From NCBI GenBank assembly GCA_017654855.1, contig CM030337.1, positions 3,782,001 through 3,846,000 of the forward strand: DNA of 64,000 nt, read 5' to 3'. Shown piece by piece: positions 36,851 to 50,800 of this stretch; position 1 is the stretch's first letter, and every line of letters starts with the position of its first letter. The notes under the pieces were generated by a model. It had not been told where the DNA came from, ran no database searches, and saw nothing but the letters and a program-made list of their open reading frames with translations. Position numbers and translations under genes: made by a program. This DNA is from Podospora anserina (taxonomy: Eukaryota).

Positions 36851-39419
36851 ACGGTGAATTGACTTTGCGACGTCAATCGCAGAAGGGGTGATGATGGCGT
36901 CTTATCCTCTTGACAGACCCCTGGGTTCCACACTCAATTCGAATGTCAGCTCCACTGAGCCACATGATCAAAATGTACTCGACGATGTTTCCCAACGCGA
37001 AGCGTGTGGAATATTGGAGAGGAGGGACAAACCAGCTGGCTTTGCTTGAGAAAAAAATCCAAGAAAAGTTGAAGAAGGGGTAGCGAGGTATACACCACCG
37101 AGCTCAGCCGTAACCAAGTTACCAACACCAATAGCATGTTGGTGGGACTACGGCAGCAGTGTAGTCGAGCGTGCCTGAGGTACTTTTATGCCGACATTGG
37201 ATGTTTTGACGGCGATGCCTGCCTCGGCGACAAGTCAAAGAATGAAAGAGGGGTGTTTGAGCTCGACAGGCACACAACCTTAACGACAACAATCAAGTGA
37301 ATTGGAAGGGCAAAAGAAGTGGATACTTGTCTCCCGGGCTAGAGCAGGCGAATGTAATAGGCATCCTACTCTTTTCTAGATATCGAATGAGAAGAGTCAC
37401 CCTGAAAGCTTGAAAGCCTGTTTAGTCAAATACGCAACTTCGTAAGGTAAGCATCTGCAATAGCAAACATCTCTCATAGTAGTAGTCATGAGGCCCCGCC
37501 CTTTGAAGCCTGACTAGCCAGAGATAATAGCCGGCTGCACCACACATAGTTCTTGTCGATGCCTTTGCCACCAGAAACAGCGAATTCCGAGCCCATTCTA
37601 CCGCTACACCTTTCATCAAGATTCAAGGTAGCATGAGAACTTTTTGCGTCGAAAGCTCTCACCTCTACCGAAAGTTGCAGGCTGCTTTTTCCACACGTCT
37701 TCTCCCAAGAATGGGTGCCACGTCATATTGCAGGGACAGCAGCTCAACACGCCAGTCATTCAAGTTCTGGATGACCCGGTGAGATGATCGTCGAAAATAG
37801 CATATTTCTTGACCAAGCTCATCAACGGGAGAATTACACCTTCGAGCGGTGGTTGAGGACTCTAACGAGGACAAACTGTGATCAGACCAAATCGATGAGG
37901 AAGGCACTGGAGGACAAAAGACCCCATTCAAAACCGTCATACTGGCAGAAGATTCGAGCTAGCAACATAAGTTAAAAATATGTGGCTTGCCAGCTTGCTG
38001 ATATTCATATCTTGTCTTGCCTCACTGTCCCGATGGCCAACCAGGATGCGTCAAGGATCACAAAGCCGCCCCCCGTTACTTGGCATGTTCCAGCCAGCCA
38101 GATGTCAGAAAAGCCGGCGGCAGATGGTGAGCTGCAAAAACCCACCGTGAAGCATCGGGAGACGGTTTCAAAACCAACGGATCTGGGTACTGATCAGCAA
38201 CGGTTGCGCAAGCCGGAAGCCAAGCATTCCTTGAATCAACACGGACCAGCCATGACATCTGTGCCAGAGGCGGGGGAGACCGCAGGACGTTGTGGAATGG
38301 GCCGCCGGTTTCGAGCGCCGTCTTCCACAGCAAGCGCCGCCGAGCTGTCATCAACAAGTCGGTTTCGAAAAGTCTTTTCTCTGCTTCGGGAAGGCTGTCA
38401 GAAGCTTGTGGTGTTGCAGCGAGACGCCGTTGGTTCCAAACGCCGCTCGTCCGTTGCGGTGGACTTTTAGCAGCTTGGCATATCACGTGAGAGGTTCCGC
38501 ATTGGTGGAGATGTGTCGTGTTTGTGGAGACTGATGGCTGGTGCACTGTTTTTGTTATTTCGGGTACGAAGCCAACCCGGCCAATCTCACCGCAACATGC
38601 CGGCCGCTAATCCACTCCTGTCAGCTGTTGGAGGGCAATAATTCGATCCAAATTTCGTGTTCTTGTCGTTTGTTCTTGGAGAATTTATGAAGATATCGGA
38701 GGTCCAAGATATCGATGGGTTCTCGATGGTGATGCAATGCCAACCGGAATCAGGAGTTTCCAACCGCAACAGAAACTTGGAATAGCGCCCAGCTCCGGGA
38801 AGCTAGGACCAGTGGACTGACCACTCAATTGGATCGACTTTGGGACCTGCAGCAATCGCTGGTCCAATCCGGCATTGGCAGCCAAATGGCAGATCCGCGC
38901 GATATCCGGTTTCCAGTGATGGCAGCGTGCTAGGGTTTAAGTGCCTAAAGAAGACACGGACAACTGGGCCAGACCGTCTGCTGCCAACCTCTGCCAACCT
39001 CTACCAACGACCATTGGCGCTTGGCGGTCTAATTAACGAGCGACAGACCACCCTTGGCCCACGCAATGCAGCTCTTGGATCGAGTCTTGGCCTGAGTCTT
39101 GGGGTGGCTATGCACCCCCTTTATCGAGGTTTCGGGATTCCGGGGGTGTGCCTGTTTTAATCTCCCTCTCTCCTGAAAATCCGCCTCCATCCCTCTCTTT
39201 TTGATCCGAAAAAATCATTCCAACAAACCTCTTCCTTTTCAGTCAATCGCTCATCGACTGCTTCTTCACCCCCCAGGCCATTCCGCTCGTTTTGGTGGCC
39301 TTTTTCAACCACGCTATACATTTAATTTTTTATCCAAATAGACGCCCCTGAACCCGACTGTTTTCCATACGAACCACAATAGGATCCTGATATCGAATTC
39401 ACCACCACATCACGCCACA

Positions 39420-40843
39420 ATGAAGACCACGACTGTTTTGTCCGCGCTCGCGGCTGCCGCTGCTGTGAACGCTACCCCAACTGCCACTCTCCCCCTCAAG
39501 GCCCGCCAGACGGAGCTTGAGCCCATCACTGCCACCGGCAACGCCTTCTACAAGGGCAAGGAGAGATTCTTCGTCCGTGGTATCGACTACCAGCCAGGTG
39601 GTGCTGCCGCCAATGTCGACCCTCTGGCCGATCCCAAGGTCTGCAAGCCCGACATCGAGAAGTTCAAGAAGCTCGGCATCAACACCATCCGTGTGTACTC
39701 GACCGACAACTCCAAGGACCACGATGAGTGCATGGAGGAGCTCGCCAAGGCCGGCATCTACGTCGTCCTTGATGCCAACAACCCCTTGTACTCTATCAAC
39801 CGTGACGACCCTCACACCTCGTACAACGCCATCTACCTCCAGAGCGTCTTCGCCACCATTGATGCCTTTGCCAAGTACAGCAACACCATGGCTTTCTTCT
39901 CTGGCAACGAGGTCATCCACGACCACGCCAACACCACCCTCACTGCCCGCTACGTCAAGGCCACCGACCGTGACATGCGCCGCTACATCAAGGCTCGCAA
40001 GTACCGCAAGATCCTGGTTGGATACTCTGCCGCCGATGTGACCGAGAACCGTCTCCAGACTGCTGACTACTTCAACTGCGGTACCGATGAGGAGCGCAGC
40101 GACTTCTTCGCCTTTGTGAGTTGACCGATTTTGACCGGCCCCGAGGTCGTTACACTAACATGATGCAGAACGATTACTCTTGGTGCACTAGCAACTTCGT
40201 CGAGTCCGGCTGGGACCAGAAGGTCAAGAACTTCACCGGCTATGGTCTTCCCATCTTTCTGTCCGAGTACGGCTGCAACCACAACGTCCGTGACTTTGGA
40301 GAGCTCGAGTCCCTCATGCACCCCAACATGACCAGCGTCTACTCCGGTGGTCTCATGTACGAGTACTCCGAGGAGCCCAACGAGTATGGTATCGTCAAGA
40401 TTGAGGGTGGCGACAAGGGCAACGGTTTCGACCAGACTGGCAAGCGCACTGAGATGCAGCCCGAGTTCAACAACCTGGTCAAGGCCATGAAGGCTTTCCC
40501 CGCCCCCAAGGGTCTTGCCGGCGCCAGCACCGAGAACAAGGCTTCCAAGTGCCCCGAGAACAACGACCACTGGATCGTCAGCACCGTCCTTCCCGAGATT
40601 CCCGAGGAGGCCCTTCAGTACTTCGAGAACGGTGCTGGCAAGGGCCCCGGCCTTAACGGCAAGGGCTCCCAGTGGGCTGGCCACGTCGCTTCCAAGAGCC
40701 CCGAGTTCCCCGATGGAGATGCCCAGGGCAGCACTGGCGGCTCTGGCTCCGATGACAACGAGAACGCTGCTCCCCGCGGCGCTGCCTCGATCCTCTTTGT
40801 CTCCGGCCTCGTTGCTCTCGTCGCCGGTGCCATTTCCCTGTAA
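39420..40843 (+). CDS. GH72 beta-1,3-glucanosyltransferase (Gas/Gel family, no CBM43), GPI-anchored
   Basis: Signal peptide, RFFVRGIDYQP, INTIRVY, catalytic FSGNEV and FLSEYGC, YSGGLMYEY. Intron 40116-40168. Hydrophobic GPI tail. Confidence 0.95.
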
Positions 40844-41508
40844 ATAACGCCATGTTTTCTTGGGTGTTGCTTTGTTTTTTGGACATAGGATACAGTTGAA
40901 GCGCTTGTGCTCTTTTTGGATAAAAAATGGGATGTTTTTTTTTGACAAGGTTTTTTTCTCTGGGTTCTTACATGAGCGCATTATGAACAGGTAATACCCG
41001 GGACATTTTGGTATCTGTTTCAGAGGCGGGTTTTTCGGCTGTACATGTTTGATAAAATACATGAATGTGATTTAATGCTAATCGTACCTACATTACGCTT
41101 CTCGCTTGTGCTTGATCCTGTTGTCGTGACTTCCTTCTCATCGCAGCAATCTGAGAATTGAGGAAGGGACTATCACGTGGACTTGCTCATTTCTCGTCCT
41201 ACCTCTGTCGTCTTCAATTCCAGGTTTTTGGCCCAACCGACTCCCAGCCTGTCACATTGCGATTCAGCACACCTTCAAGGCCAGGACAGCCCTATCAGAT
41301 CTCGTCATGGCGACACAGATGCTACTCGTCTTCGGAAGCATACAGCAGCTTGGGCAATTACCCCGCTGGCACCCGACTGTGGGCCTCACATAGGTATGGT
41401 TGTCCATAAAACACTGATACAGGACACTAGCAGACGCAAACCCCTTTCTGATTTTACATTACGCGCGACATCCAAAACAGTCCTCAACCATCATCGAACA
41501 CATACATC

Positions 41509-43994
41509 ATGACTTCACAAAGCCCCCAATATCAACACTTTGTCCCTCAGTTCCTCCTTCGTAACTTCTCTCACCCCTACAAGCCAGATGGACCAACCAA
41601 AGGCCGCAAATTCCAAAAGGGGATGTTCCCAAAAGACAAAGTCGTTCGGCACGTTGATTTCGCGGTTGATCCGCCTGTTATTCGTGAGAGTCCCGTCAAC
41701 CGGATCTTGGGACTGTTCAACATGTACGACAACCCGAACAAGCCAACCGCTTTGCAACGAGAAGTCGAGATCCTGTTCTCCAAACTTGAAGATCAAGCTA
41801 GCCAGATCTTCCGCAAGATCAGCAAGGCTTTCGAGCAGAAAAGTACCGTGGTTTCAATGTCACGAGCTGAACGCGATCTCATGCGCAAGTTCCTCTTCCT
41901 CCTCATGTACCGGAACAGAGGGTTTCATACCCGCTTCAACCATGCCACGCCCGACGGGTACAACGAGGATGATAAGGAGCTTGTGCGCGAGTACATGCGC
42001 AAGAACAATATCATCACGCCACTGGATGTGTGGCTCGACGGGATCAAGACCATCATCGAGCTCCCTATGGATCCGGAAAAGAAGTGGCTGGGGGTGTTGA
42101 TGGGCAAGATGTACCCTCAAGACGCCATGTGGTTCTGGTTACACGTTGAGTTCTCCTACATGGCTATTCTCACCCCTGCAGAGGATGGCGACGAGTTTAT
42201 TCTGACCGACAACGCGTATGCGATATTCGAAGGCCCCAATACTTCTGCGCTGGACGCGGAGACGCAGGAAGTCATTGATACTGAATATCTTCCCCTTCAT
42301 ACATTTGCACCTATTTCACCCAAGCTCTTGATCGTGCTCCGAGCCGACATATTTCCCGATCCCCTGGAAGACGCTGATGAGCGTGTTAGGGAGGCGCGGA
42401 AACTTAGGCGATTAGCATGTCGTGCCCCCTTGGAATCCCCAGGCTCGGAGAAGGTTCGCTCATTGCTGGCGGACCTTCCCATCTCAAAAGCTCGAAACAA
42501 TTACACGGTGATCGTTGATAGCCGACTTGAGCTCAAAGCCGGGCAGCCTCCTAAAAGACGTCAAACAGACAGATTCGACTTCACCATCTTCCCTGTCAAA
42601 CAAAACCACGTCAACATGATCAACGGGATTATTTTGGACAGTTGTGCCCCTTGTACAAGCATCGTGTTTGAGTCTCGTGACGCCTTTGCCCGCACACTCG
42701 AGTGGTATCTCACTGCACCTTGCAGCATGGGCAAAGTGTTGGGTGGTAAACACAGGGAGATCCGCCGCCGGGCTTTGTTCAAGTTGGAGGCCATCTCCCG
42801 AGCCTTGGGTTCGCAAAAGGAAACCAAGTGGGTAGATGTAGAAGAAGTTGTGATGGACAATGTCGAGCAGTGGCGAGCAGAGAACCTTGACAAGCAACGC
42901 AATCTTGTACGGCTCATGAACGCAGATCTTGACGGTCTATACGAAGGAGTTCACAGGCAGGCAAACAAATATGGAAGACCATTCAGCTCGAAGTCTTATG
43001 GCCCATACTTTCTCCTTGGTAAGTCTTCCATGTCTACGCTGTATTGGTCGACGCTCACGGTGTCTAACAAACTATCTCATACACAGGTGGCTCACGGTAT
43101 ACAGCAGAGGAGGACTTTGCACAGGCTGACTTGATACGAAGATTCAGAATCAAGATTGACCTCTGGTCTAAAGGGATGGTTGATGAAGTTATTCGGCAGA
43201 GAAACAGGGACTTGATCGAGACTGCCTACCTTCGGCTCCCGCCACGACGTGTTTGGATGCTCATCAAGCTGATCAGACTGATGTTCCTTGCCGGTCCGGA
43301 TAAGCCGGTAGACCTTAAGCTAGCAAAAAGCGAATTCGAGGGTCCGGAGGATACGATTGCACGGGGTATGTCCCGATGGGAGTTAAACTTTGATGACAGT
43401 CAAGGCTCACCGACCATAGTCCACCATCTTGTCACACCCGAAGTCCTAAACGACCTTCTCTGGAGGACTCACATCAACGACATGTATTCGAGACGGAATC
43501 GTGGCGTTGACATTTGGGCCAGGCAGAACGGCGGCTGGGATCTTGCAGCGTGGGAGATGCCGTTTTTGCATCACATACGGGGTGCGTAGAGTTGCACTCA
43601 ATTCAATGACTGAGGAAATTATAACTGACAATGTCATAGGAAGCATTAGAAACTGCGGTTAGGCCACTCTAACTATCAACAATGTGGCAATACTGACTCT
43701 AGCGTGCCAGGAATACCTGCAATCGAGAAGTTCGGACTGGAAGTTCCCGGATCTCCAACCCCCGCTTGCACCATTGACACTTTTAGGGACATGAGACCGA
43801 CGGATATACGCAAGATAATTGTCGAGCTCAATGTGAGGAAGCTAGCAGAGTTGGAATTTGACTCTCTTTTCGATAACCAGGTGGAAGGTCACGATCTGTT
43901 GATGGAGTTCAAAAGGCTGTTCTTCCAGCTGTCATACCCAACCCCACCCTACACGTGGTTATTGGAAATGGCAGTTCGAGCTGGAGTGTTGTGA
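41509..43994 (+). CDS. DUF4238-like protein (5 exons)
   Basis: N-terminal QYQHFVPQFLLRNF, EFILTDN, FAPISPKLLIVLR. Introns at about 43019-43087, 43366-43419, 43583-43639 and 43658-43710 keep the frame, including an 18-nt microexon (GSIRNCGIP). Confidence 0.8.
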
Positions 43995-44061
43995 AGAAAG
44001 TGGTAAACATTAAGCAGTCGTTCTTACTTTTCATAAATCATTACAACAGTCTACCGATCCA

Positions 44062-45134
44062 TCACTTCATAATATCCCAAGCCGTAACCCCCGTCTTGAC
44101 CTCGTCACCGCTTTTCCTTCTGACCATACTCTCATCTTCCCCCTCCTTGGCCTTCTCGGCATCAGTCAGCTTCTTCTTCCGCTTCAGCTCAGCCCAAACG
44201 GAGACACCAATCCAGATGGCGCCAATAACACCTGCCACAGCGGCGTACACAGTCTTTTTCTGGTTCGTGGCTTGGGATAGATGCAGACCCAAGCCACCAG
44301 TGATGATGCCGATGATGATGCTGCCCCGGCCGTTGGCCAGGTGGAGCTGGGACCAGATCTGGCGCTTTTGCACCTTGCGGAACTTGAGATGGTGCACCAC
44401 GCCGAGGACAGGCTGGATGAGGAACAGAACGAGGAGGACAAGGCCGAGAATAGGGTGGTAGTTTGTTGATGTATTCGACAGCTATCCCTTATTAGCATAG
44501 GGTGAAAAGGGGGGAAAAGGGGGGGACATACCAAAGACCCAGAAGGAATCCTGATCATGTTGACGAGGTAAATCCCCAGCGCAGCACCGCTAATGTAAAT
44601 GATGGTGGCCAACACCTGGAAAATGACATGCACCCAGAACCCCCACTTCCCAGGCAACACCCGGAGAAGGATCGACCCAATGGGGAAAAGAACCACCATC
44701 GCCAGCGAGGCGAGGATCCCGTGGATGGTGCGGTAGTTCACCGCTTGTTGCGTGTCGAACGGGGCGCGGGAGTTGTTGTTGCCATTGCGGTAGCGGTAGC
44801 GGTAGCCGCCTGCGTTGCCGGTGCCAAAGTAGGCGTTTGTTGATGACGCCGAGTTGGAGTTGGAGTTGGAGTTGGAGTTGGAGTTGGAGTTGTGGCTGCC
44901 GGAAGAGGAGGATGTGCCGTCGTTGTCGTTGTTGCTAGGGTGGTATCCACTTCCGAAGCCGGTGCTGCTGCCGCCGCCGCCGAAGGAGGACCCACTTCTA
45001 CCGCTGCCGGAAGAGGAGGACCCACCACCACCGCCGCTGCTGCTGCCGCGGGCTGCCTCAACGGCGAAAGCTAAGCACGCGACGAGGAGCGCGATTTGGA
45101 GCAGGCGGAGGGTGAAGAAGGTGAGGGACTTCAT
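44062..45134 (-). CDS. Cytochrome b561-domain membrane protein with G/S/N-rich N-terminus
   Basis: Signal peptide and His-bearing TM helices HGILASL, WVHVIFQ, YHPILG, QLHLANGR. Intron 44482-44531. Confidence 0.85.
44851..44891. repeat. Coding (GAGTTG)n hexanucleotide microsatellite encoding (NS)n
   Basis: About 7 tandem GAGTTG units. Confidence 0.95.
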
Positions 45135-46545
45135 CTTGAGACCAGCACTCACTTCTACACCGAAAAAGAAAAAGTATGTACAATGAAGGTGGTGAAAGAG
45201 GTGAGGATTATGATAACCATGGGCGTGCCATGGCTTTTAATTAAATCTTATTTTTGACAAGCTGCCGCAGGCACCCAACGTGGTACCAAAAAGGTCCATC
45301 AGCAGCACTGCCTGACGGGACCTAGACCGCATTGTGGCATGCCGGCCGTGGGGATGGGAACAGGGGTCTCAGGGGCCTCCTGGGTGAGGTGGTGGGTGCG
45401 CATTGCGGCGCGGGTTAGGTGGTGCTGTTTAGTCCGGTGGGGTTGGGGTGATAGTTCCGGGCACTAATTGTTTGTAGTTAGTGGGAAGAGAATAGCTGAG
45501 GTGTCACTGGGGATGGCATGTGGAAATTGCAAACTGGAAGCTGGAGATATTTGTTGATCGCAAGCTGGAGTTTTGGAGATTCTGGTCTGGGACTTTTGAT
45601 GGGATTTTGAACAAGTTTGGTAAGGTAGGCAGCTGGTAATGCGATGTTCAAGATGCGACAGGCGCTAAGACTTGAGTCCGAAAGCTTAACGTCCATTTGC
45701 TCTGGTCCCCGGGCGCTCCTGACAGGGGCTTAGTATCACTGGGGAAAAGGGCAAGAGGAGGGTATAAAACAGTCGGTTTATTGTGGCTTCAGATCCTTGT
45801 GATGGCACCTGTGAAAATCATCAGTTTGTATTTTGGCTGGTCTCGATATGTAAGGATCTTTTATTCGGCGCTAAGTATTTCAAGGAAAAATGGAAAAGAA
45901 AGAGGATGTGATGGATGTTGGCTCCCTCCCACTAACAATTCTTTCACCACTATATCGTGAGAAAAAAAGAGCAAGCTAGCGCTTGACTCTTGGCAGGCGT
46001 TTCTTTGGCCTTTGCTGTCCCGGCAGTTTGTATGCCAACATTCATTGGCTGGATTTACGCATCTCCACGCATAGGGCAGGTGCAACATGTGCTTGCATTG
46101 CAGGATGTCGGGTCTGGGTGCACTGTCGACTTGAATCCGAATCGAAGTCGCTATCTAATCTATTCGAGGCATCAACTGTCGTCACAGTCTGACAAAGGAT
46201 TAGGGGGCCAGGGACAAAGAACCCTAACCTTCAACACAAGCGTAGTGTTCATAATGCAGTTGTTAATGAACAATTGGTTGTATTTGAAACGAGCCACAAA
46301 GACGCCATGATAAATCAGCAGTATTATTTAAGCCCACCTCCCCTTCCCAGTTTCGACTCAAAAACCACATCCATCTTGACAGTAATCTACCCCCACAACA
46401 AGCTGACGTCTCATACACCTGCAGTGCAGTGAGACGATAACAAAGCCAAGTGGCACGAAACCTTTGTCGAGATCTGCTAACCCCCCACACAGCTATCCCC
46501 CTCCCCAAACTACAGGTAAGTCTAAACTGAGAAACCGTAGCAAAA

Positions 46546-46914
46546 ATGTGCAAATACTTCGACCTCTACCTCCACTGCCCCCGCTGCCGCAAAAACTCCC
46601 CCGAACAAAAGGTCGAAGTCGCCCTCTGCCAGCTCGCCAAATACCTCCCCGCTAGCGTAAAGAAGAACGGGGGCATCCGCGATGATCTCAAAACCCGCGA
46701 ACTCACAGGAGTCTACGTCGAGGAGGGGCTCTGCGAACAGTGCAAGAACTCACCAAAAAGCAAGCCCAAGTTTCAGGCTTCGGGCGCTGAGTTAAGACTC
46801 TTCTTTGCGCAACTTTGGCGTCAGCACCGCGAGACTGAGATACAGCTTGGACCGAGGAAGCAGGAGAGGCAGAAGTTGGAGATCTCGAAGGATGGGAAGA
46901 GTATGGTGTTTTAG
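46546..46914 (+). CDS. Small Cys-motif hypothetical protein
   Basis: CAAAAATG start context. MCKY...HCPRC...C...LCEQC pattern suggests metal binding. Confidence 0.55.
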   Translation: MCKYFDLYLHCPRCRKNSPEQKVEVALCQLAKYLPASVKKNGGIRDDLKTRELTGVYVEEGLCEQCKNSPKSKPKFQASGAELRLFFAQLWRQHRETEIQLGPRKQERQKLEISKDGKSMVF

Positions 46915-47834
46915 GAGGTAGGTAAGTATAGATAACATAGTAAGTGAACCGCTGAGTGTGGTTTACGCGTAATATTATCTTGATTAAATCCCAAACTATT
47001 CTGAACATACCGTAGACTGATACTGTTTGTGCCAAGTATAACCTGGAAATTGTTTGTTCAAGTAGCTTCTTACCTACAAGGAAACGGTTGGGAGCTTTCA
47101 TGTGCTTGACGTGTAAATTTGCAACTTCTTCAAAGAAAAATTGCTTCCATTACCATCTGTGACGAACCCCTATCCAGAACCTCTGAAAGGGATACTGGTT
47201 GAAGGCGCTTCTGAACAATCCTGGTTCGGTACAGCTAAACAGTATATGACAAATGGCTTGTCTCGATCACAACAGTCTAGATACCAACGATTGTGACTTG
47301 TATTGCATACTGCGGAACTGTCTATCTTCACCAGCCAGTTCCTCCGTATATATAGACCTTAATCCTCCAGGTACCTCCGTACCTGGCTCACCTTTGCTCA
47401 CTGGTGATCCGGCTCACCTCTGCCAAGTGGTGAGCGCCCTATCGTCCTGCAGCCCAGCTGTTACATTTCACTTGATTAGCCACCACGGCCTGCTGCAGTC
47501 TCCGCTCTGCCTTGCTATATGGTTGGTCTGTGACACCTTCAGCCGCCAGTTGGCGTGATTTGTCAGTCTGCGGTGTGATGACTGAGCCAAGTGCATACTA
47601 TTTGGTGATATCGTATGATGTGGCTATTCGCCACGAGCTTAAACCTAACGGATGCCCGTCTTTACCTTAAGTACTCAGGATACTTACCTTCTCAAGGCAG
47701 TCACCATACTCATCGACAACTTGAAGCAGTCGAGCTCCCTAGCTCTATTCATCAAATCTTCATCGATCTAGTTATCTACCTACCTTGTTCGGTATACCCC
47801 GCCCACCTGCTATACACAAGGTTTCAAGCCCAAC

Positions 47835-50800
47835 ATGAACCCAAGCGATAACAACTGGGATCCGTTGAGACTCATCGATGACCCCTTCGGCTTTGAGACT
47901 CGAAAGAACAAAAGGTTTTGGTATGCCTGCCGCAATGGTAAACTCAAGAAGGCCAGAAGGCTTTTGAGGCAGGGGGCCGACGTGAATGTGGAGAGACGTT
48001 GCTTCATACTAAAACGTGGTCATCGAGATGAGGGGTCAGACTCAGAAATGATCAGTGATGATAGCGGCGCTGACTCGGATGCTGAAACTTTGAGAAGGAA
48101 CCCCGAAGGCTTTTGGGCAGCATGCCGTGGTGGAAACATGGAGAAAGCACAACGACAGATGTGGTACTACAAAATGAAACGCAAGCATCCTGAACTTTGG
48201 CGAAACCACATGCCAGAAGATAGCGACTGGGACAGCGACGACGAGCAAGAGGACAGAGACAGTCAGAGGGAAAACGACGACCGATATGAAGACTTGGGAA
48301 AGGTCTCAGCGCTTTATGTTGCCATTAAGCGAGCTCATTTCGACATCGCTCTTCATCTCCTCGATCAACCTGGCATTGATAATCTTGCCAAAAAATACAC
48401 CGAAGAGAAGGAGACTGTGTTGCACAGAGCTGTAGCGAAGGAAGCAGAAGACGTTTATCAGAAACTTATCGAGCACCGACACGACCGCAAACTTGGCGAA
48501 AGTAAGGACAAAGAAGGAGATTCGGCAATCCAAATAGCAGTAATATTCGGCGATGTCGTTGCTACCCGTGTATTGCTAGCTTCCAGATTTGGCAATCCGC
48601 ACTCTCTAGAGAGCCTTCTGTCTCTGGTGGCCTTCAACCACCGGTCTAGACCGCCGAAGAATGTTGACGTCGCTCGGCTATTACTCATGAACGGGGCGAG
48701 GCTTGGTTTGGAGGACGGAGACGGTAGGTACCTTACCTAAATACCTCTGTTCTGGAGTTTGTAACATGACCAGATTTGCTGATCTCTGAATAGGAAAAAC
48801 TACAGCCCTGCAAACTGCGTGCGAAAGAGAAGATGTAGGTATGGTGAAACTGCTCCTAGCCTGGAAGGCTCCACGTATACCAATTGGGCGTGATGATGCA
48901 TTGAGACTGGCGGGCGATGAATTGTGGCAGAATAAGGACGAGACCAAGCCAGCGTGGAGCAACTCAATTTCGAGGCAACACGAAATTTCAGCCAACTTCA
49001 ACATTGAAATAACATTTTCATGTGCCGTCGATGTCAACGGGGATGGCTCATATACCCGTAACTGGACTCGATCCATGCCAATTAAGGACTTTATGGGGTA
49101 AGCTCAGAACCTAGGTACTCGAAGGTTTGTGAAACGTCACCGTTTATTAATTCACGAGTGCAGCACACGACCTACAGAAGAAAACTTGCTCACCCAACTC
49201 GAAGAAGAGTTTGTCAGCGACACGGAGGATGATGGAGCTAACATAGAGCCCGAAGAAAACTTGCTCACCCAACTCGAAGAAGAGTTTGTCAGCGACACGG
49301 AGGATGATGGAGTTAACATAGAGCCCGAAGATATCGTGCGATGGATTCATATCCCACACACCAATGTGAGTAAGAACCAGTACCTTTTTCTTGACCTTCA
49401 GAAGCGTAAGAAATACGGGGCATTTGTGACAGAGAAAATTCTACCCCCGCAAGACTGATGCTAACTGCTACATCAACACAGATGACATGGGTCAAGGTAG
49501 GTAGATACCTGGTATTTACCGACTACCTACTCTTACGGAGTTGGCGTAGCATCCTTGAGTTCGTGGCTCACAAAAAGGTTAACAGGATGTTGTTGCCAAA
49601 TTATGCGAGTCTTACGGGGAGACCGAAAGCGAGAAGCAGTACTACATGTCCCGCTTTGTCGATGCCACAGCATGTGCCCGGAACACCGCAGGTAACAGCT
49701 ACTGTCGTTTCCCTCACGTATGTCTTTTTTTTTTTCCACAATGCCCGGGATGGTAATGACGAAGAGGCTGACCCAACTTGATTCCAACCTCAGGTACAAT
49801 GCCAACATAAAATTGATGGAACCATAACCTCGTCAAAGATTTCCCTTGTCGTAAGTCATCATGATGGTCTGCTTCAGGAAATATCCAAGCACCCACCTAG
49901 TAGTTAATTACTGTCATTTTGATATCACTAATATGACGGTTCACTAGGTTCCATTTATTGACTTCGAGTCTGAATGGTATCTAAGCCCACATGCAAATCT
50001 CCCTTTTCCCGTTCTCCAGAAACAAAGAGACCTCTGGGATTTGGAGAGTCAATTCGGTCCATACAACGGATCTGTTGGTCTACAGCGCCCAGAAACCTTA
50101 GACCAGGCATACCATGATGGGTATACGGCTCTCAATCAAACAGACAAAGATCAGGTAGTGTACAAGTGGTTGAAACTACGGAATTACCCACCGGGCGCGA
50201 TACCAACGACAGAAGCACCAGCCGCAGAAGGAGCAGGCACAGCCATCCCTGCACTTGGAGGGGTGAATCCTACTATTCAGAACGCAGAAGGCCCAGAACC
50301 TACGGTGCCGGGCGTAGCGGCACCTTTCGTCACAGAGACTGCCATCAGGACAGCTGGAGGAACCAATCCTCCTACCGAAAACGCGGAGACGCCTGAAACA
50401 AATAACACACCACTGAAGCTTCTCATGGTTCGTCAGTTGTGGATGTGGAAACTGGACGAAAGTGGGACTTATTACTACTGCGTCTGTGCTCTTGCGAATA
50501 ACCTGTTGGCTAACACCTAACTAGGAACGATTCTTACAGCAATGCCCCCGAGGTGGGATGGCGAATCCAAAGAGACCCTGTTTGAGATAGTTTCGCGGTG
50601 TTTGCCATTACACGCTTGGAGCACCCCTCACGCACTGGTTCAACAGATCCTCCTTCAATGTCTCAGGTTTCCTGATGAGTTTGAACAGTCAGGTCTTGGA
50701 TATCACATCTTGGATATCTTTGAGAGCTGGATAGCGAAACAGGAGAATGAAGAAGTGGGGCTTTTTAAGGATTTTCGCCGATTCGTCGAAGACCATGACA

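Noticed and set aside
37620-38550. Several overlapping 60-160 aa ORFs
   Set aside because: No motifs, no consistent strand and no splice model.
40067-41062. 331-aa minus-strand ORF
   Set aside because: Antisense to the strongly codon-biased GH72 gene.
46516-46540. GTAAGT...TAG mini-intron just before the 46546 ATG
   Set aside because: 25 nt is far shorter than any other intron in the window.
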